Shown: piece by piece, positions 30,071 through 39,520 of the stretch
Layout: every line of letters starts with the position of its first letter
How positions within the stretch are numbered: position 1 is the stretch's first letter
Assembly: GCA_016839555.1 (NCBI GenBank)
Contig: JAEOUA010000003.1
Coordinates: 64,001 to 128,000 of the forward strand
Length of the DNA stretch: 64,000 bases
From: Promethearchaeota archaeon
Lineage (GTDB): Archaea > Asgardarchaeota > Lokiarchaeia > Sigyniarchaeales > SOKP01
Reading direction: 5' to 3'
Notes under the pieces: generated by a model
Seen by the model: only the letters and a program-made list of their open reading frames with translations
The model's database searches: none
What the model was told of the DNA's origin: nothing
Program-made: the position numbers and the translations under genes

Positions 30071-30822
30071 TCAAAATCCACCTCCTCTAATAAAGTTACA
30101 GTATTGGCATTTTCATCAAATTGAACAGGTCCATTATATTCGACCATTTTTCTAAGAATTTGTCTTGCTTTCTCTTCTTTTAAATCAATCGCCATTAAAA
30201 TATGGTTTAAATCTAGAGTAGCTCCTTTCTGCAATGATTTAATTAATTTAATTTGTCCAGATTGAATATAATTGGACCTAATTAAAATTTTCATCGCTTT
30301 TATTCTACTTTCGTAATTATCCACATAATGCTTCTTTTCTAAGAATTTGTCTTCAAAATCTGCTTCTAATTTTTTTAGGTCATCTTGTGATTTATCTTTT
30401 TCAATTTTTAATTCCGTAATGGTCTCTTCTAATTCTTTTAACCGTTGCTTTCTACTTTCGAATTCTTCTTTTTTGCTTGTGATTTCTGATTGAAGTTCTT
30501 TTAGTTTATTTTGGACTTCTTCAATTTTTTTCAAGAAATCATTTTTATTCTTATTTAATTCTTCTATCTCTTCTTTTAATTTGGCAATAGTTCTTTCATT
30601 TTTAGAGATCCTTTCTTTCAGAGAATTAATATTTTCCTTATTTGATTCAATAGTATCTTCTTTACCTTTCTTTTCCACTTCAAAGCTTTCTAAGGCTTGT
30701 AAGATATTTTTTGGTTGTTCAGTCATCTTAGGAATGCTCTCTGTATTGAGTGTGTTAATTTCTTCTACTAACATAAGCAATTTATTGATTGAAGATTTGC
30801 TTTCAGTAATGCGTTCAGTCAT
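30067..30822 (-). CDS. Long coiled-coil protein with C-terminal winged-helix-like domain
   Basis: Heptad region, then QIKLIKSLQKGATLDLNHILMAIDLKEEKARQILRKMVEYNGPVQFDE; ATGA overlap with the downstream gene. Confidence 0.65.
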   Translation of the reverse strand: MTERITESKSSINKLLMLVEEINTLNTESIPKMTEQPKNILQALESFEVEKKGKEDTIESNKENINSLKERISKNERTIAKLKEEIEELNKNKNDFLKKIEEVQNKLKELQSEITSKKEEFESRKQRLKELEETITELKIEKDKSQDDLKKLEADFEDKFLEKKHYVDNYESRIKAMKILIRSNYIQSGQIKLIKSLQKGATLDLNHILMAIDLKEEKARQILRKMVEYNGPVQFDENANTVTLLEEVDFE

Positions 30823-30935
30823 TTTAGATCTTTTTTTTAAAAATTATTTTGAATTTATAATATTATAATTTTAATAATTTACTTTCTAATATATTTTTGC
30901 TTTTAAATTTAGAGATATTATAATTAAATGATTTC

Positions 30936-31793
30936 TTACAGTCCATTCTTTGTAATAATTTTATTTATAATCTCATTTTTATTAAGGTTTCCCATTCCTA
31001 AACCTCTTCTTTTTATTATTATATTAAGGTTTTCTATTAATAATTCTGCGAATGTTTGAAAAGAAAATAGAAATTCATTATTAATTGTAAAGTATTCCTT
31101 TAAAAATACATTAATTAATTGAATCTTATGGGATGGTTCTGATAATTCAAATATTCCAGGGTTCGTATCGATTAAGGAGCAACATACCCAGGAAAGGTCC
31201 TCAAGATAATTTCCTTCATACGCATTTTCAAAATCAAGTCCATATATTCTATTGTTTGAAAAATTTATAATAAAATCCCTTAATTGTGTATCTCCTTTAT
31301 TCAAAACGATTATTTTCTGAACTTCTTTATGTTTAATGATATTTTTATGATGAAGTTCGGCGAACCATTGAGCTAACAGTTTAATGCTCATTTTTAATTG
31401 TTTTCTTATCAGATCAGAAACCTCACTTAATTCCTGTTTGCCTAATAAATTTTGATTAATAAAGTCACATAGGTTTTCACCATTAATTTTTTCAAGTATT
31501 AAATAAGGATCTTCATATAATAAGATCAATGGAACGCTTATGTTTTGCTTCTTTAAATTTTTAAGAATAGCAACTTCTTTATTCCCATTTTGATTTTTAA
31601 ATATTTTTAGTATAAAGTTTTGAGGGAGATTCTTTAATGGTTTCGTTGATCTGACCTCATAAACAGTATTTCTCTTACTCTTTAATTGAATAATATCAAC
31701 CATATTTAAATCTTTATTAAGTTCTCCAAAAATATTAGGAAATTTTTTAGTTAACTTAGAAAAAATTTTTATTTTGGTGGGTTTGTTTCTCAT
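30936..31793 (-). CDS. Protein-kinase-like (APH/Bud32/RIO-like) phosphotransferase
   Basis: SKRNTVY, FILKIF, E-helix, LILEKING, KGDTQLRDF, GLDFE, EDL. Confidence 0.75.
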   Translation of the reverse strand: MRNKPTKIKIFSKLTKKFPNIFGELNKDLNMVDIIQLKSKRNTVYEVRSTKPLKNLPQNFILKIFKNQNGNKEVAILKNLKKQNISVPLILLYEDPYLILEKINGENLCDFINQNLLGKQELSEVSDLIRKQLKMSIKLLAQWFAELHHKNIIKHKEVQKIIVLNKGDTQLRDFIINFSNNRIYGLDFENAYEGNYLEDLSWVCCSLIDTNPGIFELSEPSHKIQLINVFLKEYFTINNEFLFSFQTFAELLIENLNIIIKRRGLGMGNLNKNEIINKIITKNGL

Positions 31794-32059
31794 ATCGCTA
31801 AAAATATAAATTTATTCAAATTAAACGAAAAACGATTAACTTCTATAGAATAATTATTTTTTTGATTCTCTAAAATCTTTAGGTTAATAATTATTAATAT
31901 TAAAAACAGCTAAAAATAATTTTATATTGCTAATTTTATAAATAGAACTTATTTTTAAAAGAAATTTCTTGAATATTTCTTGAACATGTTCGTATTTAGA
32001 CATTTAAACCTTATTAAATATTAAACTAATAAATATAAACAGAATAAATTTATTTTAAT

Positions 32060-32965
32060 ATGAGAATGAAGGATAAAAAAACGCATATCGTAAAACTTGG
32101 GATGCTTTATGGACATGAACCGGATACTATAGATTTAGCTAAAAAATTTATAGGACACTTAATGAATTATCCTGAATTTTGTACTGCATGCGAAGAATTT
32201 GCGCAAAAAGTTAAATGCGATGAATGTCGACAAGACCTTCAATCATTCTCAAAAAATATTTTTTATTATAAAGAAATAGGAAAAGAACTTCCTCAATTTA
32301 TAGATAACCCTGAAAATTATCTCCCAGAAGATTTGCCTGATTTAGATTTTTTATTAGTAGTGGGGATACATGAAGATTTATTAGCAGGACTTCCTGATTT
32401 TTTGGAAGATAAAAATATTAAAGCAGTCATAGTGCCTATAGAAAATCCAAAATGGGTTCCAACTGGTTTACAAAAACAAGTTTTAGAAGCTTTTCAACGA
32501 GTGGGCATACAAGCGGCGTTCCCCAAACCTTTTTGTTGCTTAAATTCCCAAGAGGACGAATATAATAAAGTTGGCTTTAATCTCACTGAAAAGCATAATT
32601 ATATTGAAGAATTTGTAGAATATTTTAAAATTGGCAAACCTCAAATCTCTTTTAGATTAAGTAAAAATAATAAAGCAATTGAAGATTCATGCGTTATTAG
32701 AAGCGCGCCCTGTGGTTCAACATATTATATAGTCCAGCAACTTAAAGGGAAATATATAGAAAACGGAAAAAAAGAGCATGAATCTCTTAATGAGAAAATT
32801 AGCAAAGCTCATCATTCTTATCCATGTAATGCATCCATGGACCAAGATTCTATTCTCAGAGATTCGATCCTTCATGTAGGTGGATATCTCGTAAGAAATG
32901 CTATTAGAAAAGCTTTAAATCTGGAAGAGGAAGAAGGAGTCAAATTAAAATATATTATAAAATAA
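32060..32965 (+). CDS. DUF166-family protein (Cys-rich, archaeal)
   Basis: GIHEDL, PKPFCCL, RSAPCGSTYY, HHSYPCNASM. Confidence 0.7.
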   Translation: MRMKDKKTHIVKLGMLYGHEPDTIDLAKKFIGHLMNYPEFCTACEEFAQKVKCDECRQDLQSFSKNIFYYKEIGKELPQFIDNPENYLPEDLPDLDFLLVVGIHEDLLAGLPDFLEDKNIKAVIVPIENPKWVPTGLQKQVLEAFQRVGIQAAFPKPFCCLNSQEDEYNKVGFNLTEKHNYIEEFVEYFKIGKPQISFRLSKNNKAIEDSCVIRSAPCGSTYYIVQQLKGKYIENGKKEHESLNEKISKAHHSYPCNASMDQDSILRDSILHVGGYLVRNAIRKALNLEEEEGVKLKYIIK

Positions 32966-33093
32966 TTATCTTTATTATCCTCCGAATCAAAATTATTTTA
33001 GAAATAAAAATTATAAATCCTTCACAATATTATATAAAATATTGTTTTTAGTCTTTGAATAATATCTCCTTTTGAATAAATCATTCCATGAAA

Positions 33094-33178
33094 GCGGGAA
33101 TTGCCAAGTTTGGACAAAGGCGCTGGACTCAGAATCCAGTCCTATAGAGGTTCGGGAGTTCAAATCTCCCTTCCCGCA
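33094..33178 (+). tRNA. tRNA-Leu(CAG), intronless, CCA not encoded
   Basis: Acceptor GCGGGAA/TTCCCGC+A, D-stem GCC/GGC, anticodon stem CTGGA/TCCAG with CAG at 33130-33132, long variable arm CCT-ATAG-AGG, T-arm GGGAG-TTCAAAT-CTCCC. Confidence 0.97.
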
Positions 33179-33268
33179 TATGATAGGAATTCAGCTTATA
33201 TAATATAAATTATTAAATCCTTAGTGATAAAGCGCTAATTAAAAGAATTAAAAATATTTAAAAAATAA

Positions 33269-33484
33269 TTATTTATCACTATATTTTTCAATAATATAAT
33301 TCTGAAGAGACCACGCATACTTTTCAAGGTTTAAGAGTAATCCTTTTTGTTGCAAATGGTGTAAATAAGAAACATCCAGTTTTTTAAATTCTGATTTCAA
33401 TTCTTCGATTAAGTCAAATATTTTAACGATTGCTTTCCAATCTTGGGACCATTCTGTATCTTGGGTTTCAATTTGTTTGACCAT
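33269..33484 (-). CDS. Small helical hypothetical protein
   Basis: 71-aa ORF with ATG, protein-like composition, no overlap. Confidence 0.6.
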   Translation of the reverse strand: MVKQIETQDTEWSQDWKAIVKIFDLIEELKSEFKKLDVSYLHHLQQKGLLLNLEKYAWSLQNYIIEKYSDK

Positions 33485-33616
33485 ATAATATACCTTATTT
33501 TTTTAAGAATTATTTAAAAATTTTCTTATGAATTTGAAGAAAACATAAGTTATAAAATCTTATTAATTCAGATATATAATTTACTATTATTTTCTAATTT
33601 TAAAACAATTAAAATC

Positions 33617-35173
33617 TTAAAATTTTTCTTTTGGTAAATACATCAACGAATTAATTAAATCTGTGATACACTGAGCCGTCGGACCTAATTTAATCATATC
33701 AATTTTATCCAATGTGTCTTCTGCTGTAAGTAAATAGTATGGTGATCGGATTAAATGAATCACTTTCAAACCGCCCATAACTGCGAAGTGACCAGCTTCA
33801 CCTATCGGTGGTGTTGCAAAAAAATTGTCTGGTATTAATAGCATTCGTTCCATATCATGCTCTTTAAAAGCTTTCAGTGTATGGGCAACTAATGTTTCGT
33901 TTTGCGAGATAAAAGTAGCACCAATAGCAAGATTGTCTGTTATTTTGAAATCATGAGTTATGGGATCTTCATCTACCTCTTTCGCACATAAATGTTCCAG
34001 ATTCACATCAATCAAAACATTATTCAGTAAACTATTTTTATATTTATGAGCAAAATGTTCAGCACCTATTCCACCATAAAGATGGCCCGCAGTTAAGATA
34101 AATAATAAGGATCGTGGTCGCTTCTCTAAGGGTGTATTCGCCCAAGCCCCTAATTGGGCTAAAACCATTGACACTCCAGTTCCATCTTCTGAAGCTCCTT
34201 GAAAGGCAGCATCGTGGTGACTTGAAATCATTATCATTTCATTAGACTGACCAGGCAAGATTCCTATTATATTATGAGCTATAGAGGGTTCTTTATTTCC
34301 TTCTAGGATCATAGTAGCTTTAGCAGTTTCTGAAATGGCGATTTCTCGTAGTTCTATTCCGTCATATTTTCCTACATATAAAGCAGGCACTGGTTTCATT
34401 GATCCATCATACGGTCCCCAGTGTGTATTAACATTTGAAGGATAATCTCTTAGAATTAGGATTAAACCAACCGCTCCATTATTAACAGCTCGCCAATACA
34501 CAGAATCTTTTATAGGGGGGCCTCCTAATGCTTGAGGGGGGAAATTTAATAGGGCAAAAGTTAATATTATGCTTGTTTCTTTATCTATTGAATTTTTGGG
34601 ATCGGACACATAATAAGGAGGTGCTAATTTTAAAATTTTTCCTATTGGAAACTCCGGAAATTCAATATCAGCTACAACAATCTTACCTTTCACGTCTTTT
34701 TTTTTAAAATCTCTTTTTTCCCCGGTTCTTACATACACTAAAGGGGCACTAATTCCTTCAGAATTAGTAAATTCTGTATTCAAAACATAAAAACAAGGAA
34801 TTTCAATTTGTCCTTTTTCTGTTGAAATAGTTAATTTCCAATTATTTGCCTGCCAATTAATTAAATTAATAGGATCCTTTTTAATATCTTTTAATCCTAA
34901 TTCCTTAAATCGACTAATGAGATAATCTTCAATCTCGTGAGCTTCATTTGTACCGACTCTTCTATGAGGGACACTACATATTTTTTTTAAATCTTCAATA
35001 ATAGTCTTTGAACCTGGTGCTAAAACTAAATTCTCAGGAGATTTTATTTCTGATAATAAATTTTCCGCTTTTTTTCGAAATTTTTTCATTTTTGGACGTA
35101 ATTTTAATAAATTTAAAATAAATTTTTTCCTTGAAAAGCGGAACTCTGTTAACTCTTTATTATTATTCGGCAT
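33617..35173 (-). CDS. M28-family metallopeptidase with PA domain
   Basis: HRRVGT, DVKGKIVV, NIIGILPG, SSHHD, GASEDGTG, AGHLYG, VNLEH. Confidence 0.8.
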   Translation of the reverse strand: MPNNNKELTEFRFSRKKFILNLLKLRPKMKKFRKKAENLLSEIKSPENLVLAPGSKTIIEDLKKICSVPHRRVGTNEAHEIEDYLISRFKELGLKDIKKDPINLINWQANNWKLTISTEKGQIEIPCFYVLNTEFTNSEGISAPLVYVRTGEKRDFKKKDVKGKIVVADIEFPEFPIGKILKLAPPYYVSDPKNSIDKETSIILTFALLNFPPQALGGPPIKDSVYWRAVNNGAVGLILILRDYPSNVNTHWGPYDGSMKPVPALYVGKYDGIELREIAISETAKATMILEGNKEPSIAHNIIGILPGQSNEMIMISSHHDAAFQGASEDGTGVSMVLAQLGAWANTPLEKRPRSLLFILTAGHLYGGIGAEHFAHKYKNSLLNNVLIDVNLEHLCAKEVDEDPITHDFKITDNLAIGATFISQNETLVAHTLKAFKEHDMERMLLIPDNFFATPPIGEAGHFAVMGGLKVIHLIRSPYYLLTAEDTLDKIDMIKLGPTAQCITDLINSLMYLPKEKF

Positions 35174-35522
35174 TTCTAAAATTAAATATAATTTTAATTT
35201 ATAATATCAGTTTTAAACTTAAATATCTATTTACTCATTTAAGATGATTAAATTAATATTCAAATTTCCGCTAAGAACTTAGAACTATTGCTTACTTAAA
35301 ATAATCTATGTTAAAATATTTAAGCAATCATTTCCTATTTTTTATTACTATGAATATTAAAATAATTCCACTAGAAATTATTTTGATTATTATTGGGATT
35401 ATTTAATTTCATAAAAGAAATTTTAAACTCTTTTTATGATTTACATTTCTTTTATCATCAAATAATCGTTTAAAATTTCTTTTTTTTATGAGATAAAAAA
35501 TAACTAATATATGTGAGATGCA

Positions 35523-37121
35523 ATGGAAAATAAATATGTTTATATTTATGATTCGACGCTCCGGGAGGGTTCCCAAAAAACGGGTATAACCTTCTCAATG
35601 AAGGATAAATTGCGGATTTTGAAAAGGTTAGTCAGGGATCTCGAAATACCAATGATTGAAGCTGGATGGCCAGGATCTAACCCTAAAGATATTGAATTAT
35701 ATAAAAACATTAATGAAATGGATTTAAAAACTACGAAAATATTTCCTTTTAGTAGTACACGGAGAAAAAATCAAAATGTGGAAAATGATAGGAATATAAA
35801 AGCCTTATTAGAAACTGGTGCAAATCAAGCCACCATTTTTGGAAAGAGTTGGGATTTACATGTTGAGCATGCCCTTGAAACATCATTAAAAGAAAACCTC
35901 AATATGATAAAAGATAGCATCTCATTTTTGGTTAAAAATAATATGGAAGTAATGTTCGATGCTGAACACTTTTTTGATGGATTTAAAAATAATAATGAAT
36001 ATGCATTAAAAACTATCTTGCAAGCAAAAGAGGCTGGTGCATCTTGGATAGTATTATGCGATACCAATGGAGGCCTATTACCCAGTGAATTAGCTCCAAT
36101 ATTAGAAGAAGTAAAACATAATTTAGGAGACCATTCTTTGGGTATCCATGCTCATAATGATTGTGGTGTAGCTAATGCTATAGCCTTGGAAGCCTGGCAG
36201 CACGGTGTAAAACTTATCCAAGGAACTATTAATGGATTTGGAGAGCGCTGTGGAAATACAGATCTCACAACAATTATTCCCATCTTCAAGTTAAAGTATG
36301 GAATTGATTTTATTGATGATAAGAAGTTGAAAAACTTGACCGAAATATCCCATTATGTATATGAACTTGCTAACTTATCTGCTGATTATGATCAACCGTT
36401 TGTTGGGAAAAACGCTTTTTCTCATAAAGGAGGAGTTCATATCTCTGCCATGTTAAAAGATATAAACACATATGAGCATATAGACCCTGAGGCTGTGGGG
36501 AATACTCGAAATATAAAAGTCTCAGAATTAGCGGGTAAAAGTTCTATTCTCCATATGGCTAAAAAATTTGAACTTCCTTTAACTGAAGATAATCCTAAAG
36601 TAGGGGCAATTCTTAATTTTGTGAAAGAAAAAGAGAATCAAGGGTATTCATTTGAGGGAGCAGAAGGGTCCTTAGAGATTATCATGCGGGGGATTGATAT
36701 GAATATCGAAGATCCTGATTATTATCGAAAAAAATTTTTTGAACTTGAAGGGTTTAGAGTTCTTACGGAGCTATATAAAAATAATCTTATCTCAGAAGCG
36801 ACCATAAAAGTAAAAGTAAAAGGACAAGAATATCATACTGCTGCTGAGGGTGTGGGACCCGTGAATGCGCTTGATAATGCACTCAAAAAAGCCTTAGTGT
36901 ATTTCTACCCAAGTATTAAAGAAATAGAGTTAAGCGACTTCAAGGTGAGAATTATAAACCAAGCAGGGACAGCAAGTATGGTCCGCGTCTTAGCAGAAAC
37001 TCATGATAGTAAAGATTCCTGGGGTACAATTGGGGCTCATGAAAATATCATACTTGCATCGTGGAATGCTTTAGTAGATTCATATATCTATAAATTATTA
37101 AAGAATAAGGAAAATTGGTAA
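35523..37121 (+). CDS. cimA: Citramalate synthase (2-isopropylmalate synthase-like family)
   Basis: DSTLREG, GWPGSNPKD, FGKSWDLHV, DAEHFFDG, HAHND, GERCGN, HKGGVH, C-terminal regulatory domain. Confidence 0.85.
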   Translation: MENKYVYIYDSTLREGSQKTGITFSMKDKLRILKRLVRDLEIPMIEAGWPGSNPKDIELYKNINEMDLKTTKIFPFSSTRRKNQNVENDRNIKALLETGANQATIFGKSWDLHVEHALETSLKENLNMIKDSISFLVKNNMEVMFDAEHFFDGFKNNNEYALKTILQAKEAGASWIVLCDTNGGLLPSELAPILEEVKHNLGDHSLGIHAHNDCGVANAIALEAWQHGVKLIQGTINGFGERCGNTDLTTIIPIFKLKYGIDFIDDKKLKNLTEISHYVYELANLSADYDQPFVGKNAFSHKGGVHISAMLKDINTYEHIDPEAVGNTRNIKVSELAGKSSILHMAKKFELPLTEDNPKVGAILNFVKEKENQGYSFEGAEGSLEIIMRGIDMNIEDPDYYRKKFFELEGFRVLTELYKNNLISEATIKVKVKGQEYHTAAEGVGPVNALDNALKKALVYFYPSIKEIELSDFKVRIINQAGTASMVRVLAETHDSKDSWGTIGAHENIILASWNALVDSYIYKLLKNKENW

Positions 37122-37165
37122 AAGTATTCATTACATTAAAATAGCGAAATTAGCACCATTCTTAT

Positions 37166-38278
37166 TCAAAAAAAAATCTGGAAATTTTTTTCAATAATTT
37201 GTTTTGTATCTTTAAACTCAGAAACATTTATAATTTTATTAATATCTTCAATTTCTTTCAATTCTGATTTGTATCGTTTTTCAAAATCAATCATTAATTG
37301 TTGCATACAATATTCCATATAAGGGTTTTTTTGATTTGTTATTAATAATACTGCAAAACCAGCAGTGTTATTATAATCAACAACAATTTCAGTATTTTGG
37401 GTTTGAAACACATCAATTTGATCTTCTTTATTAATAAATTCAGAGAGAATATGATTTAGACCAATGAGGATATTTCCCCAAATCATAGATTCCCTTTGTT
37501 GGTTATTAATTTTGAAATCATAAGAATATAATAAAACTCCAGATTTATGGTAGATGTGAATATAATAAATTTTGTTTGTTAATTTTACATAAATTTTTGG
37601 ATTTCTTATTGTAATTAAAGATTTAGTAATTAAGGCAAGCCAAAAAAGTGCGATAAATAGGTGTAAGAAAATAACGTTTTCTAAAATGAGGGATAAACAA
37701 AAAAATAAGGTTGAATTTGATAATATTAAGGTAAAAATTAATAATTGATTACTTATTCGCTTAAATTTAGAAATCATTCTAATTCTTAAAGAAGTATAAA
37801 TAAGATAGAGAAGCACTGACCAATTGAAGATTATGATAATTAATTTAGGTATACTGTTCAGGGAATATAAAAGATTAATTTCTTGTTGATTTATTGTAAT
37901 TTTAGATATTGAAATTAAAATCCCTATTAAAAAACTAAATAATAGTGAAAAATATAAAGAAATAAATAATGGGATCTTTCCATATTCTTTTAAGAAACTT
38001 ATGTCTAAGGAATAGAGCCAGATTGATATTGCTTCAGAAATTAATAAAGCCATAAAAAAAGATACATTCCTTAATTCTGAAAAATAAATACCAATTGAAA
38101 GAAATAATAAATGAGGATAAAAAATTCCTACAAAACTTATTATAGCAATATTAAAAATGGGTATTAATCTAATTCCATAATTAGTTCTATTTTTAATTAA
38201 AAATATAATAGTAGTGATACTTGCTATAAGATAAATAGTAAACCAGATGATGTGAAATATCATTGTCGGAGACCACAT
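37166..38278 (-). CDS. About 7-TM membrane protein with C-terminal longin-like soluble domain
   Basis: Hydrophobic first ~225 aa; IHIYHKSGVLLYSYDF...ILIGLNHILSEFI...FAVLLIT longin-type beta-beta-alpha-beta3-alpha pattern. Confidence 0.65.
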   Translation of the reverse strand: MWSPTMIFHIIWFTIYLIASITTIIFLIKNRTNYGIRLIPIFNIAIISFVGIFYPHLLFLSIGIYFSELRNVSFFMALLISEAISIWLYSLDISFLKEYGKIPLFISLYFSLLFSFLIGILISISKITINQQEINLLYSLNSIPKLIIIIFNWSVLLYLIYTSLRIRMISKFKRISNQLLIFTLILSNSTLFFCLSLILENVIFLHLFIALFWLALITKSLITIRNPKIYVKLTNKIYYIHIYHKSGVLLYSYDFKINNQQRESMIWGNILIGLNHILSEFINKEDQIDVFQTQNTEIVVDYNNTAGFAVLLITNQKNPYMEYCMQQLMIDFEKRYKSELKEIEDINKIINVSEFKDTKQIIEKNFQIFF

Positions 38279-38335
38279 TTTCCTTAAACTGTTTCTATCT
38301 TTTTATTTTTTAAATAATATAATCATAACCTAATT

Positions 38336-39442
38336 CTAAACCATAAATGGTTTGAAATAATCATATAAAATTTCTTTTGCATTTTTAAATTCAGAAGTAT
38401 CAATCAATTGGGTATTATTATTGATTTTATTCAAGGTGGATTCATATTCCTTTGTAAATTTTTTCATATATAATTGGACTGCCTTTTCAATCATTTTGTT
38501 TTTATGCTTTACTACTGTAAGTATGGCACAACCATATTGATTATTATATTCAAATATAATATCACCATCTTTCATTTTAATAAGATTTAACATATCTTTT
38601 TTATTAATAAAATTTGAGAGAATATGATTTACTCCTATTAAAATGGAGCCTTTTAATATTGAATCGTCAATTTCCTCATTTCGAGCTAAATTGTAAGAGA
38701 ATAGTAAAACGCCAGATCGATGAAAAATTATAAAATCATAAACCTTATTTGTAACAACCAAAAATAAATCGAATCGGGCTATTATTATAAATATCTCAAA
38801 TGTTAAAAAAATAAGCACCATAATTAAATAAAAATATCTAATTAATAATATATCTGGATTTAAGAGAAAGGCGTGATATATAATTAAATTAATATTAAAT
38901 TGAATTATTAATATCAAATGTAATTTCTTCATTTTTGAAAAACTAATTCTTTTATAACCAATTAAATAAGTAAAGTTCGTAATAAACATTACCAGTCCAT
39001 TAAAAATATAATTCAAAAGTAAAAATATATCATCCTTAGGAATATAGATATAATTATTATTTAGAATTACAATTTGAAATGAATTTGTAAATATTAAATA
39101 TATTCCCAAAACTCCTCCAAAAAAAGCATAAATATAGAGTGGGAGGATTCTTATCTTTCTCTGAATAAATACAAAACAAACAACAGCACTTGGAATAGAT
39201 AATCTAAGGATTCTTAAAATTATAGAAATGATCCAAAAAACATTCGCAACCTCTAATGGTAAAATAACAATAAGGGATAAATTAAACAGAATGAAATAAG
39301 ATATTTCAATATACATATAAAATGATATTAATAACACATCACTGTATCTTATAACATACTTATTCCTATTACGAATTAGGTAATATCCTCCAATTATTAC
39401 TAAATGAATAGATAAACTTATAAAAATTATACTTAATATCAT
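38336..39442 (-). CDS. About 7-TM membrane protein with C-terminal longin-like soluble domain (paralog)
   Basis: FIIFHRSGVLLFSYNL...ILIGVNHILSNFI...IDTSEFK, similar to the neighbouring gene. Confidence 0.65.
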   Translation of the reverse strand: MILSIIFISLSIHLVIIGGYYLIRNRNKYVIRYSDVLLISFYMYIEISYFILFNLSLIVILPLEVANVFWIISIILRILRLSIPSAVVCFVFIQRKIRILPLYIYAFFGGVLGIYLIFTNSFQIVILNNNYIYIPKDDIFLLLNYIFNGLVMFITNFTYLIGYKRISFSKMKKLHLILIIQFNINLIIYHAFLLNPDILLIRYFYLIMVLIFLTFEIFIIIARFDLFLVVTNKVYDFIIFHRSGVLLFSYNLARNEEIDDSILKGSILIGVNHILSNFINKKDMLNLIKMKDGDIIFEYNNQYGCAILTVVKHKNKMIEKAVQLYMKKFTKEYESTLNKINNNTQLIDTSEFKNAKEILYDYFKPFMV

Positions 39443-39520
39443 AACTAAACAAATTTCATTGAAAATTTTACCTCCTAAATAAATTGTATTTCTCTAATAT
39501 TTTAAATTTTAGTATCAATA

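Noticed and set aside
29336-30822. Calling the coiled-coil pair SMC, ESCRT-III or Hop2-Mnd1
   Set aside because: There are no Walker motifs or hinge and no recognisable Snf7 signature. The wH is C-terminal rather than N-terminal as in Hop2-Mnd1.
33094-33484. tRNA-Leu as an integration site for a mobile element
   Set aside because: No duplicated tRNA 3' end, integrase or transposase was seen in the window.
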